64,000 nucleotides of DNA from Octopus vulgaris (taxonomy: Eukaryota): assembly GCA_951406725.2 (NCBI GenBank), contig OX597818.1:41726001-41790000 (forward strand), in the 5' to 3' direction. The translations under genes and the position numbers were made by a program. Below the pieces are notes generated by a model. That model was given only the letters and a program-made list of their open reading frames with translations, ran no database searches and was not told the DNA's origin. The stretch's first letter is position 1. Each line of letters begins with the position of its first letter. This document shows positions 40,802 to 52,109 of the stretch, one piece after another.

Positions 40802-43359
40802 AAATAATTTCCCATCATTGGTAAATATGAGAGACAAGTTTGGATGTGTTTCATCTTTCATTGAAAGTTTGTCAACTGAATTGAAATTGGTAGGCTTGTC
40901 ATATTAGAGAGTGAACTGCTTAGTAAACATTCTAAATTGTATATTCACTGATATTAACGGCGCTACCATCTATTACATAATTATATAGCCAAACAGAAGA
41001 AAGCATCTTTAATGAAGTATCAAAAAGCCAATGTATATTCAGATATGTGATAAAAAGGAAACAATATTAGTCATGACATAGTTTCATTTTCACTGAGCCT
41101 ACAACGAAAAGTGATACATCATCAGAGCTATCACTTGTATTACCCAATGAGTAAAAAAGGTACATCATCATCATTGTTTGATGTCTGCTTTCTATGCTGG
41201 CATGTACAGGATGATCTGAGAGCCAACAAGTCAGAAAATGCACCAAGCTTTGTCTGTTTTGGCATGGATTCTATGGAAGGATGCCCTTCCTATCACCATT
41301 TCATAGAGTGTTGGGGGTGCTTTTTATGTAGCACCAGCACTAGTGAGGTCACCAAGTAATTTGTAAGACAAAATCGTTCAAGTGAGGGAGTTTAGTATTG
41401 ATGTGGGTGGCTTTATGCCAGGTGATAAGAGGTTAAAGGATGATAGTGGGACACAAACAGGAGTCTTGCTAGAGAAGAGATATATGGTTACACCAGTTGG
41501 AAAAGAGAGATACTAGTGAAGAGCTGAAGGGCATATCCTTAAGTGGTCCAGATGATTAGATAAGTTGAATGGATAGGTAATTTTGTGAGAGTGTGAAAGG
41601 AGAGATGAAAAGCAGATGGATAGACATGGAGACAGAGATGAATGCAGTGAATGGTGAACATAGGTGGAGGCATTAGCCAATGGTAAATATTAGTTAGCAG
41701 GAAGGTAGAGACATCACAGGTGATGTAAAGTGTGGATGGTATGCAAGAAAAGCTACTCATGTAAATGTTTACTCACTAGGCAGGTGGAATTGAAAGCCAC
41801 ACCAAATTCCTAACTATCAGAAAGAGCGAGACAGATTAATGAAAAAAAATAAAAAAGAAGTTAGTTCCTGAGGAACAAAGTACCCTTCAATATAGAGACA
41901 CTTAGGTAACTGGTGTCATATCTATCAATGAAAGTATTCTCTGCTATAATGAAGAAAAGACAGAAACTTAATTGTAAAAATTGGATTTGAAGCAAAAGGT
42001 TTTAGTGCAAATTTTTGAAAAAAAAATCAACCTTAGGCATGGCTGTGTAGTGAGAAGTTTGCTTCCCAATCACATGGTACTGGGCTCAGTCAAACTGTGT
42101 AACCTTGGACAAATGTATATAGCCTAGGGTTGATCAAAGCCTTGTGAGTGGATCTGATACACAGAAATTGAAATCACATCATGTGTGTTTGTGTGCAAGT
42201 GGGTTCTGTGTTTGTCTCCCACCACCGCTTGACAACTGGTGTTGGTTTGTTTACATTCCTGTAGCATTTCAGTAAAAAGAGACTAATAGAATAAGTACCA
42301 GACTTATAAAATATATATATATATACAGGAGGGATTTGTTCATCTAAACCTTTCAAGGCAGTGCCCCAAAATGGCAGCAGTCTAATGTTAACCCTTATAA
42401 GACGAAAGCTACTGGTGTTTCTTACACTAAAGTAGACAAAATAAGGTTTTTGAGAGATTAAAAGAATAAAGGTAATTAAAGCATCAGAATTTTAATAGAC
42501 AAAAATATTCATATTCTTGCTGCCAACAGCTCTGTCCTCTGTCTAGCATATGTTAAGCATCAGATATCTGCACACAAGAGAGACAACTGCACTGAGTAAA
42601 GAATGCCAGGATTTAGTGTGCAAAACTTTCAATAGAGGAAAGCAGATAAAATGCTACTGCATCAAGACACATGGAAAGAGGAAGAACATTGAAAAAAATC
42701 TGATACTTACATTCCTTTCCAAATGCTTACCACAATTTAAATATATTTATAGTTTAATAACTTTCCAGGTTTATTCTAAGAAGGATGTACATAAAACTAT
42801 TTCTTGCACAACCAGTTCAGTGTTATAAACAAATTTGTTATATACCCTCTTTTTGAATAATATACCAACAATTTTGATAAGACAGCTTTGGTTAGAATAT
42901 TTCTCAAACAATGGTGATGGAATCAAATCAATATGTCAGATATATCTATGAATCTAGAAGGTTGGACTGATGGTTTGTTGTAAACCTTTGTGCCAAAGGT
43001 TTACACTAATAAAGATGAGCAGTAACAACAAATTGTGTCTCAGCATTTTCCTTCCCCATATTATGCACATAAGGGGCAAAAAATGTTAGGCTACATAAAT
43101 GTCTATAAAATACTTTTGCTGACTACTTCAAAACACTACAATATCCCAAGTAAAAAATCCCGCTCTAATGATGTGCCAAAACCGCTAAATCATACAAGAG
43201 GTAGTTTGTTTGTATGTTAGAAACTTAACACACACTATCTGTGCTTCAGATACATCTTTCTATGATTATTGCTTCTAATTTTTTTATTCCTATGACCTAT
43301 ATAAATTTGAGCTGTTATGTCTCTAAGAAATCAGTTCATCCATTTTCTCTGCCTATTCC

Positions 43360-43595
43360 CAGGAGGATCATAGAGGTAGAGTTCTCAGGTATCTCTTCCA
43401 CAGAGTCCTATCAGAATTAATCGTCATTACACATTGTGGTCAGATTCCCAAGTGCCATCAACTAAGGCTATGCATATTATCAGCCACCTTGTTCCTTGTC
43501 TACCTATAAGTTCCTTGCTGATTGGTGTGGCTTGAAAAATCTGTCTTGCAATTCTTTCCTGTGACATTCTAATCAGATATTCATAGTACTGGAGC
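43360..43595 (-). mobile_element. LINE (RTE-like) 3' fragment downstream of the RRP7A stop
   Basis: QLQYYEYLIRMSQERIARQIF..GRQGTRW resembles non-LTR C-terminal motifs. Confidence 0.5.
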
Positions 43596-43887
43596 TGTGA
43601 TATATACATATTGTATATAATGTGCATATCAAGGTACTGCCAATAAATCTGTGTACGAAAAAATAAAATTTCTAGTGGTATTTATTCAGTGTCAGTTATG
43701 TGTTTTTGCCAAGAAAGAACTTAGCCATTTGATGCATAAAGATCAACAACAATCAATACCAGGCAAAGTTCTGGGGATTATATAATTGACTAAAATCCCC
43801 AAAGGTGGGACCCCATTATAATCACAGTATAGTGACTGCAATTAATAAATGAATAAAAGAATATACATTTTTATAAAAAAATAATAA

Positions 43888-43893
43888 TTTATT
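43888..43893 (-). terminator. Candidate polyadenylation signal AATAAA of RRP7A
   Basis: AATAAA directly follows the TAG stop and is followed by T-rich sequence; an alternative AATAAA lies at 43681-43686. Confidence 0.4.
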
Positions 43894-43979
43894 CTAGAAG
43901 GGTTTGAATTTCCGGGCTGCTTTCATTAAAGCTATCTTCTGTTTGTCTTCTTCAAATTTTTTCCGCAATTCTTGTAATC
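43894..43979 (-). CDS. RRP7A: RRP7A last coding exon, including TAG stop
   Basis: Acceptor caacattctag|GA; (R)LQELRKKFEEDKQKIALMKAARKFKPF* is the conserved RRP7 C-terminus (LRKKFEEDK.rI......RkF.P). Confidence 0.95.
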
Positions 43980-44109
43980 CTAGAATGTTGAAGGAAATAA
44001 TCATTTTAAAATTAACACATTTATTAATTAAACATTAATGCATAAAATATAAAAAATGTTCAGGATGCCTATTAGAAAAAAGTGCACATATCCAAAGTTG
44101 AGGCTCAAA

Positions 44110-45300
44110 GTACATAGCAAAGCTTGAGCGAAGTGTCTTGTGCAATGTTTGAGGGGTGAGACACAAAAGATGACCAGGCACATTGGGTGGGTTTGTAGAG
44201 AGATATGTAGCTTACTTGTTCAGAAGAGTATGTGGTAGAAAAGACAGATAAGAAAGAGTATGCTGATATATATATCAGTGACTGAATCTTTGTCAATCAG
44301 ATGGACAATTTCTTTTGGAACTGTAGTTTAGGATATTTGAATACATAAGCAGTGCCAGTCTAGTTATGTGAGCAGTACACTGTGAGTTGCACTTGACACC
44401 TGTAGAAGGTCAGCAACCAATTCATTTCTGAATCTGAAGAGAAAGTTTAATTTTAAGAAAGCAGCTTTAGCAATGTTCTAAATATGGGGAGCATTTGCAG
44501 TGAAGATTTTAATATTGCTGTTTATGAGAAAGGAGGGTGTAGTGTTACAGGACTGTTTTACTAGATACATTTTGCTGCTGTTAGATGTGAGAAACATAAC
44601 TATGCTGAGACATAACAGAGGTGATAAAACAGAGACTGCAGATAGCTTTATAAATGTATGTAACAACAGAACATTATGAGAAAATTTCAGCCCCAAACAC
44701 TGGAGTGTATAAGCAAACAACTTAGTCAGGTAGGTGTGTTATGTCTGGTGGAACAATTTATAGATATCATGGATGACAACATTGCTTTAGCTAAATGTCA
44801 AGGGCAATGAATTAATAAGGCTTGAAACCCCCCCCCCAGATTTCCAGTAGATCTGGTTCTCAAATCAAAACTGTTGATAAAAGAAGTAATCATTTATGAC
44901 TCATTATCACCTTTGTGATGTTGGAAATGTGGCATGTGGCAACAGGTTGGCAAATAACAGGGACTGAAGATTGCTGATTGAGAAGATGGATACATTTAAC
45001 CAAGACTAGGGAAAATAATATATATGTGATATGATGGACTAGGAGCGCTTTAATTAGGGTGGGAAAATGTCATATTTCTTTATGGCAGAAAGATCATAAG
45101 CGATCTGTTTTGACTTTCATGATGAATTTGTTTCTTTTCCCAGCTTCATTATAACTGGATATTGATGGTAAAGCCACTAACTTTTTTCAAATCTCTGTAT
45201 TATCTCCCATCTGAGCTTAGTGAAGAGGTTTTTGCCCGTGAAAAGTAATGGGTTCAGAACTGCAAATTAATGAAGCACATCAAGTATAAACTGTTCTTGC
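44110..45300 (-). mobile_element. Old CR1/Zenon-like LINE RT remnant in the last RRP7A intron
   Basis: Degenerate IALDI and 'CQVQLTVYCSH' (~AQVRP.MEYCSH) motifs with many stops. Confidence 0.45.
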
Positions 45301-45777
45301 TGTTTGGAGAAAAGTATTTCTTTACATGTGTCTATTTACATGTAGCTGATTACACTATTTAACCCATCAGCATTCTAATTACTCTATGAAATGTGATGCA
45401 TATTTACTAACATTGTTTTGAATTTAATCATGCATTATCACATAGCTTGACAATGTGATAGTTTATTTTTAGAATGATATCATAGGGTAGTAGGGAAAAA
45501 CCCCCAGATCTGGTCAGTTTGAATATAAAACAGGTGGAATATCTGGACTGGATATGAGCGCAAAGGGTTTAAAGTCAAACATCTTTGTCAGATAAGAAGA
45601 TACACCCTATCATCATCTTTGATGCTATGTCAACATTCTGCTGTCTTCATAAAATTTTTTGGAAAACACTGTTAAAAAAATGAAAGCTACAAAACAAGAA
45701 TATAATGGTCCAGTCTAAATAAAAAAGAATTTATGTATGATGACAAAGAATAAATTAAAATAAATTAAAAGACTTAC

Positions 45778-45826
45778 GATTTTGTTGAGTTTCTTTCATT
45801 TGAAAAGTGTAAAAATCTAATAAGTG
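45778..45826 (-). CDS. RRP7A: RRP7A exon
   Basis: Acceptor ttcattgtag|CAC, donor C|gtaagt; 49 nt; HLLDFYTFQMKETQQN matches the RRP7 'L.xFY.fQ.rE' motif. Confidence 0.93.
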
Positions 45827-47601
45827 CTACAATGAAAGAAAGTAAAAAAAAGAATACTTTTAATAAAGAAATGAGTATGAACATCATAAGAATTATTTAC
45901 AATAGCAATTTTTCACAATCAAGAACAACAGAGGAGATTCTTCAATGCATTTCTTTGCATTAATTACCTCTGAATCCTAAATTTCCAACTTGTTGCATAC
46001 TTTTTGGTATCACAAAATAAACAACAGAAAATAAGTGACTTCCTTATATTGTGTGATTGTTTAGTAGAAAATGGATAAATCTGAGATAAAATTTGTAATA
46101 CATAATCTGATTTGGAATAAATACTTCATCATAAAAACAATTTCTTCAAAACAGCAACAAGTAGAAACCCACAACAGAGAATAGGGAGTCACATGAACAT
46201 GCCCACGACAAATAAATTAGATAAAATTGTAGGAAACGAACACCACAGTATTTGGGAAATAGCTTCAAGAACTAAATTTTACCAAATGCAGAAAGACTTG
46301 CTTCTCTGATACCAACTTCAAAAATGACATCAGAAATAACTGCCTAAAATAGTCCCTTTCAATCAATAATCTTTTCACTATGTAGAAAAAGACCATGTTA
46401 CACAAATAAAGCCATAGCAGAGCCAACTATAATTGCAAGTTACTGCCCTTGACTGTTGAAAATTAGCTAAAAAATCAAATCTACCAAATAGATTTGTCTG
46501 TTATAATCATTTCATTCAATGCAGAAATATTGTTGCGTAGTCTCCCTTGGTTACTAATAAATTACTAATGAAAATTATTCTGAATATATAATCCATTCCT
46601 AATTAAATATGAACAAATGATAGTAATTTCTTGGAAACAGTTGACAAGAAGAGGGTAAAGTAAGCTGCTAGGAGGTGTCTGAGTGACATGTTTTAGCCCT
46701 CACGGCAAAAGTCATGTCTGTACCCAATTTCAGAAAAGAAACTAAGAGGTTAAGTTGGAAGGTTCTAAGATAGTTCTGAAAGAATAGTTTAAGCAGTTTC
46801 CTATATGAACCTTTAATATAAATTAAATAGTTTCACTGTGTAAAATTTTAAATTTTAAAATTCAAAATCAGAAAGTTTTTTTAATATAAAGTGCCATGTT
46901 TTTATATATGTCATGTAATAGTGACGACGATCACAATAGCATTATCAAACATTATTTTAATATCTGCTGTTTCCATGTTCAATAATCTTGCAATACATCA
47001 TCTCCTTACGTTTCAGTCCATTCCTCATTTCATTTGAGAGAATTTTGCTAAAGCCCTGTCTAATTACTTTTTAGCAAACCTTTAGTTTGCTGTCATTACA
47101 CCTCCATCATGAAACATCTCTTCACATTACATGCCCATATCAATAAAACAGTCTCTTGAATGCATTTGCTCATGCATTTGGTGTCCTTCTTAACTAACTT
47201 GTATCAAACCTTAAAACTTATACTGTGCTTGACTATCATCAACATATTCTCATCCATTTCATTGTATCAAAACTAACAGAATTATGATTCTAATCAGTTT
47301 TTTTTTTGTAAAGCAGGAAACCCCTCTGCCTTCAATAGAAAGAGTAATTCTTCAAGCCTCTTTCAGTGTTCTTCACCATAGTCTGTATGTAGCTCAAATT
47401 TCTTCACCATAGTCTATATGTAGCTCAAATTTCAGCATTAATTAAATCACTCATATAACAAAACTTAAGACAAACTCTAAGCAGTCTATGAGCTTTTAAA
47501 TCATAGCTGGTTCACTCTGTTAGCTACTTTATCCCATAGTAACCATATAAAGTTCTAATCATCTGTCAGTCCACTAGAGTTCCTTCTGCATAATTTTTAT
47601 A

Positions 47602-48881
47602 TCAGGTCATCCTATAAGTTCTGTCCGAATTTTGAATAAAGAAAACAAGTGATCAAATGTTATCTGTAATTGAAATTTAATCATCAATGTACTTTCCCTG
47701 ATTAATCTATGACTTCCTTCCATTTATTTACAAGCTTTTTAATCCCATCAATGTAAAACTCCTTTGGTTTCAAAATGAAGAACTCTGAAATGTCAGTTTC
47801 GACCTCCTCCTGGCTTGTGAAAGTTATGTTCCCCAAATGATTCTGCAAACTATGAAATAAGTGGTAGTCTGAAGGAGCAAGGTCGGGAGAATATGGTGGA
47901 TGAGGAATTGTTTCCCAACCAAGCTTTTCGATCTGTGACGTGATCTTTGTAGTGTGGGGTTGCGCATTGTCCTGATGAAACATCGCTCCTTTTCGATTCA
48001 CTAAGGCAGGTCTTTTTTTCTTCAAAGCTTGGCTCAAACACTCTAATTGCTGACAGTAGACTTGAGCATTGATTGTTGCATTAGGTGGTAACAATTCAAA
48101 GTGAATTACTCCTTTGCAATCCCACCAGATAGAAAGAACCTTTTTCCCATGAAGTTCCCATCTCGGTTGTGGTTGAGCTTTTTCTCTTTTACCAAGTCAC
48201 TGGTTATGACATTTAGCATTTCGTCAGAAAATCCATTTTTCATTACCAGTCACAAGTTTATCCAAAAAGGGTGAAATGAGTTCGCGAGAATGGAGAGAAG
48301 AGCAGATGTCAACTCAGGATCTGCAGTTGGATAATTTACGAGGCACCCATTTTCCAAGTTGAGGAACCATTCCAAGTTGTTGAAGATGACAATGAACAGT
48401 TGTATGGTTTGAACTAAGCTTTATTGCCAATTCTTCAACTAATAATGCAGGATTTTCTTCAAGTAATGCCTCAAGGAGCTTATCATTAAACTCAGCTGGA
48501 TGTCCTGTTCGATCTTCATCTTCGAGGCTGAAATTTCCACTTCTGAATTTTGCAAACCATCTTCTGCAAGTTCTTTCATTCAAGCATTCTTTCCCATAAA
48601 CTGAGTGTATGTTTCGAGTCACTTCGGCTGCCGAGTTTCCTTTTTTGCACTCATAAAGAATTATGTGCCTCAAATAATGCTCTTTGGAAACTTCCATATT
48701 AGAAAACATTTTAATCAAAGAAATTTTATTCTATTATTCTGTAAAATAATATTTAATTAGTTTAAATGTACACAATTACATAAAAATAATTTTAAATTCC
48801 ATTAGACATTCTAAAATACTATTAAATTTCATTCAATTTTAAAAAAAGGGAAAATCGGACAGAACTTATGGAATGACCTGA
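47602..48881 (-). mobile_element. Full-length (1280 bp) DD34D mariner, frameshifted, in an RRP7A intron
   Basis: TA TSDs; TIRs tcaggtcatcctataagttctgtccgaatttt / aaaatcggacagaacttatggaatgacctga; motifs WVPRKL, VTGNEKW (first catalytic D mutated to N), HQDNA..H, YSPDLAPSDYHLF. Confidence 0.95.
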
Positions 48882-49612
48882 TATTTTTGTGCTAAGCACT
48901 AACTACATAGTAATCAGTTTATGCTTTATTCTGCCAGGTTATATCTTAGATATGAGAGAAAAAAAAATTGTATTTGTCAGTTATTCAATATTTTATGCAC
49001 AAGATATAATTCTCAATACACGTCTAATTGCTACAAGTCCACTACATTCACTAAGTTCTCTCGTTTTCAATTCACTCTACACCTTAAACACTATCCATAT
49101 TAGCTGTGCATTCAGCACTTATTAGATAGTAAAAGAATTTATTTCCTGCCTCAATGTACAATTCAAACAGTCCATGATTTTCAATGGTTCACAACATAAT
49201 TGTTTCTGGAGTGGTTGGCATTAGGAAGGGCATCCAGCTGTAGAAACTCTGCCAGATCAAGATTGAAGCCTGGTGCAGCCATCTGGTTCGCCAGCCCTCA
49301 GTCAAATCGTCCAACTCATGCTAGCATGGAAAACAGATGTTAAACGAGGATGATGATGATGACCAATACACTTGGATTGCTTAAACAGTCAATTTCCAAT
49401 CACTACACCTAAATTCTGTTGAACTTATTTCCTGAGCATGTCTATTCCCAAAATGATATTAGGTTGCCTAAAGACACAAAAAGACAAAAATGAAGATGGA
49501 GAGAAACCCTTTTTCAAATTCATCTAAGTAAAGCCAACCTTAGAAAACAGGTATTAAATGATTATAGATAGCAATGACAATGAATCTTTACATTAACTGA
49601 ATATCTATTTAC

Positions 49613-49756
49613 CTTTTCATTTCTATTCTTCTTTTGTTTTCTTTTGATGTATCTTGAAGCCTTATTTTGATTAGCTTTTACTTTAGACAGCTTTGTGACT
49701 TTCATCCAGCCTTCTGCATCAGTGTCTTCTGTTTTCCGTTTTAAGTTCTGTTTTTC
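49613..49756 (-). CDS. RRP7A: RRP7A exon
   Basis: Acceptor ttttttcag|GAA, donor AAG|gtaaat; 144 nt, phase 0/0; EKQNLKRKTEDTDAEGWMKVTK...KKNRNEK contains the RRP7 'DxxGWxxVT' motif. Confidence 0.93.
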
Positions 49757-51244
49757 CTGAAAAAAAAAAATTTTTTTGGTTAAATTTGCCATTACAACAA
49801 GCAATCAGTTGGTCTGTAGCCTACATGTTTCAGCCGTAATAGGTTTTAGTACACAAACAAGACAAAAAAGAGTATTTTATGTTTATAAACTGAAGAAAGA
49901 ATGTCTGGGCTAAAGTGCAAGAATAGCCATATAAAAGTGCATTTTGATAGAGAGAGAGAATAGAGGTTAAGATATTCTATTGTTGTTGTTTGGGTTTTGA
50001 AAATCTCTACTCAAGCAGATCTGTGACCATCATATCCTCTTTTGTTTTAAACACAATGTTTCTAGCAGAATACTTATTCAGCAGTGTCCTTTTTTAAAAG
50101 ATGGTAGGATGTGATTAGGGAGAGAGATTTAGCTTTCATTTCTAACAGATTGTGCAATCATGTGGAGACACTCTCAACAATTTTCTTGGGGTAGAACTCA
50201 ACAAATATTTCAGTCAAATAATACTATGAATAATTATGTTCAATTAGAGAAGAGTGAGTTGTGCTGTACTCCAGAGTGTTGACAGAGTGATATTTTTCAC
50301 TAATATTGAATGTCGCAGTGTGACCTAGCTTCTTATAAAAGCAATATCCAAGTTAGCTCATAAGAAGATTCTCATGTTTGACAAAATTTACAAAAGAGAG
50401 ACTACAGATGTTATATCAATAAAGATGTCTTTGATGAATTTAGACTCTATGGAATCTGTACTGGTAGTTTTCAAAGAGAAAAAGATATTCATGTTGGTGT
50501 AGGCTGTAACTGTTTATGGCCATCCCCGTCATGTTACAGATGGATGATGTGAAACAGTAGGCTATCATCAGTAGAGAAAATCAGAGAAGACTGTACTTCT
50601 TAAACCTGGGATATATTTTCATAACTCAAGAGTAAATATTCATAGAGATATTGTTTTTGATGCAAGGAAAGAACATGCTCAGTGCTAGTTGTCATAATGT
50701 ATTCTAGAGATTGAAAGATTTATTGAATCCAATAGCTTAGAGGCAGCATATTCACTTTCAAATCTCATTGTAACCTTTTTTTTTCATTCTTCACATTTTT
50801 AACCCTTCTGATACCATGTCTGAGACTGTCCCTGGTTCTGTGATACAAATTTCCATTTTTTAAAGTGATCTAGATTTAAAAGCTTCAATCAAAATTTCTT
50901 GTTAATTTATGTATCAAACATCAGCTAATATGATAGTTATTTTACCAATTTCTTTAATCTTTTCAAAATGAATTAAAACAAGGGTAGTGTATTTCAACAG
51001 AAATATGGTAACAAAAAAAGTTTTAAACTGTTGATAGTGTCTTAATCTCACTTCAAGACATCTGATTCATCTGCCATTTTATCACACATCCATATCACCC
51101 ATAACAAGCCTCTCTCTGTCCCATTCAGAGCCAAATGCTACGTGAAACATTCCCTTCTGAGAAGCATTAAATTGTGAAATGATCCCTTCCCAAATCAGAG
51201 GTAACATTTCATGTTTCTGATTGAAAAAAGATCCAAAAACTTAC

Positions 51245-51342
51245 CAATTCCTGTTTTTCATCATACTCTTTAAAATAATCATCCAGTTCTTTCTTCACCA
51301 CTTCAATGTTTTCACTATTGCTAGCATAATCTTTGCACCACT
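51245..51342 (-). CDS. RRP7A: RRP7A exon
   Basis: Acceptor tttacattcag|AG, donor TTG|gtaag; 98 nt; (K)WCKDYASNSENIEVVKKELDDYFKEYDEKQEL matches the start of the RRP7 C-terminal domain (KW..Y...vd.fm..YD). Confidence 0.92.
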
Positions 51343-52109
51343 CTGAATGTAAACAAAGATTCAATAATAAATATACTTATGAGTAATATATACAGCAAAA
51401 TAAATGATTTTATACAATCAGGTTGACCTGAAGAAACATTCACAAGAAACTATTAATCAGACATACATTCACAAAACTACATAATAATCATCATCATCAT
51501 TTAACGTCTGCTTTCCATGCTAGCATGGGTTGGACGATTTTGACTGAGGGCTGGCGAACCAGATGGTTGCACCAAGCTCCAATCTTGATCTGGCAGAGTT
51601 TCTACAGCTGGATGCCCTTCCTAATACCAACCACTCTGAGAGTGTAGTGGGTGCTTTTTACATGCCACCGGCACGGGGGCCAGTCAGGCGGTACTGGCAA
51701 TGACCTCGCTCAAATCTTTTTACACATGCCACCGGCACAGGTGCCAGTTACATATTCATCTTTATTATATCAACACACATTTGAAGGTGCATAGCTCAGT
51801 GGTTAGGCTATTTGACTCATGATTGTAAGTTTTGGAGTTCGATACCCGGTAGTGCGTGGTGTCCTTGAGGAAGACATTTTATTTCAAGTTGCTCCAGTCC
51901 ACTCAGCTGGCAAAAATGAGCTGTACCTGTATTTCAAAGGATCGGCCTTGTCACATTTTGTGTCACACCGAATCTCCCTGAGAACTCTGTTGAGGGTACA
52001 CATATTTGTAGCATGCTCAGCCACTTGTACTTTAATTTCACAAGCATGCTGTTCCTTTGATCGGATCAATTGGCACCCTCACATGCACATATATACATAC
52101 CAAAAGCAG

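Noticed and set aside
51415-51495. Possible intronic C/D-box snoRNA ~75 nt upstream of an RRP7A acceptor
   Set aside because: The box C (ATGATGA) comes from the (GAT)n tail of an RTE fragment; no terminal stem or recognisable rRNA guide.
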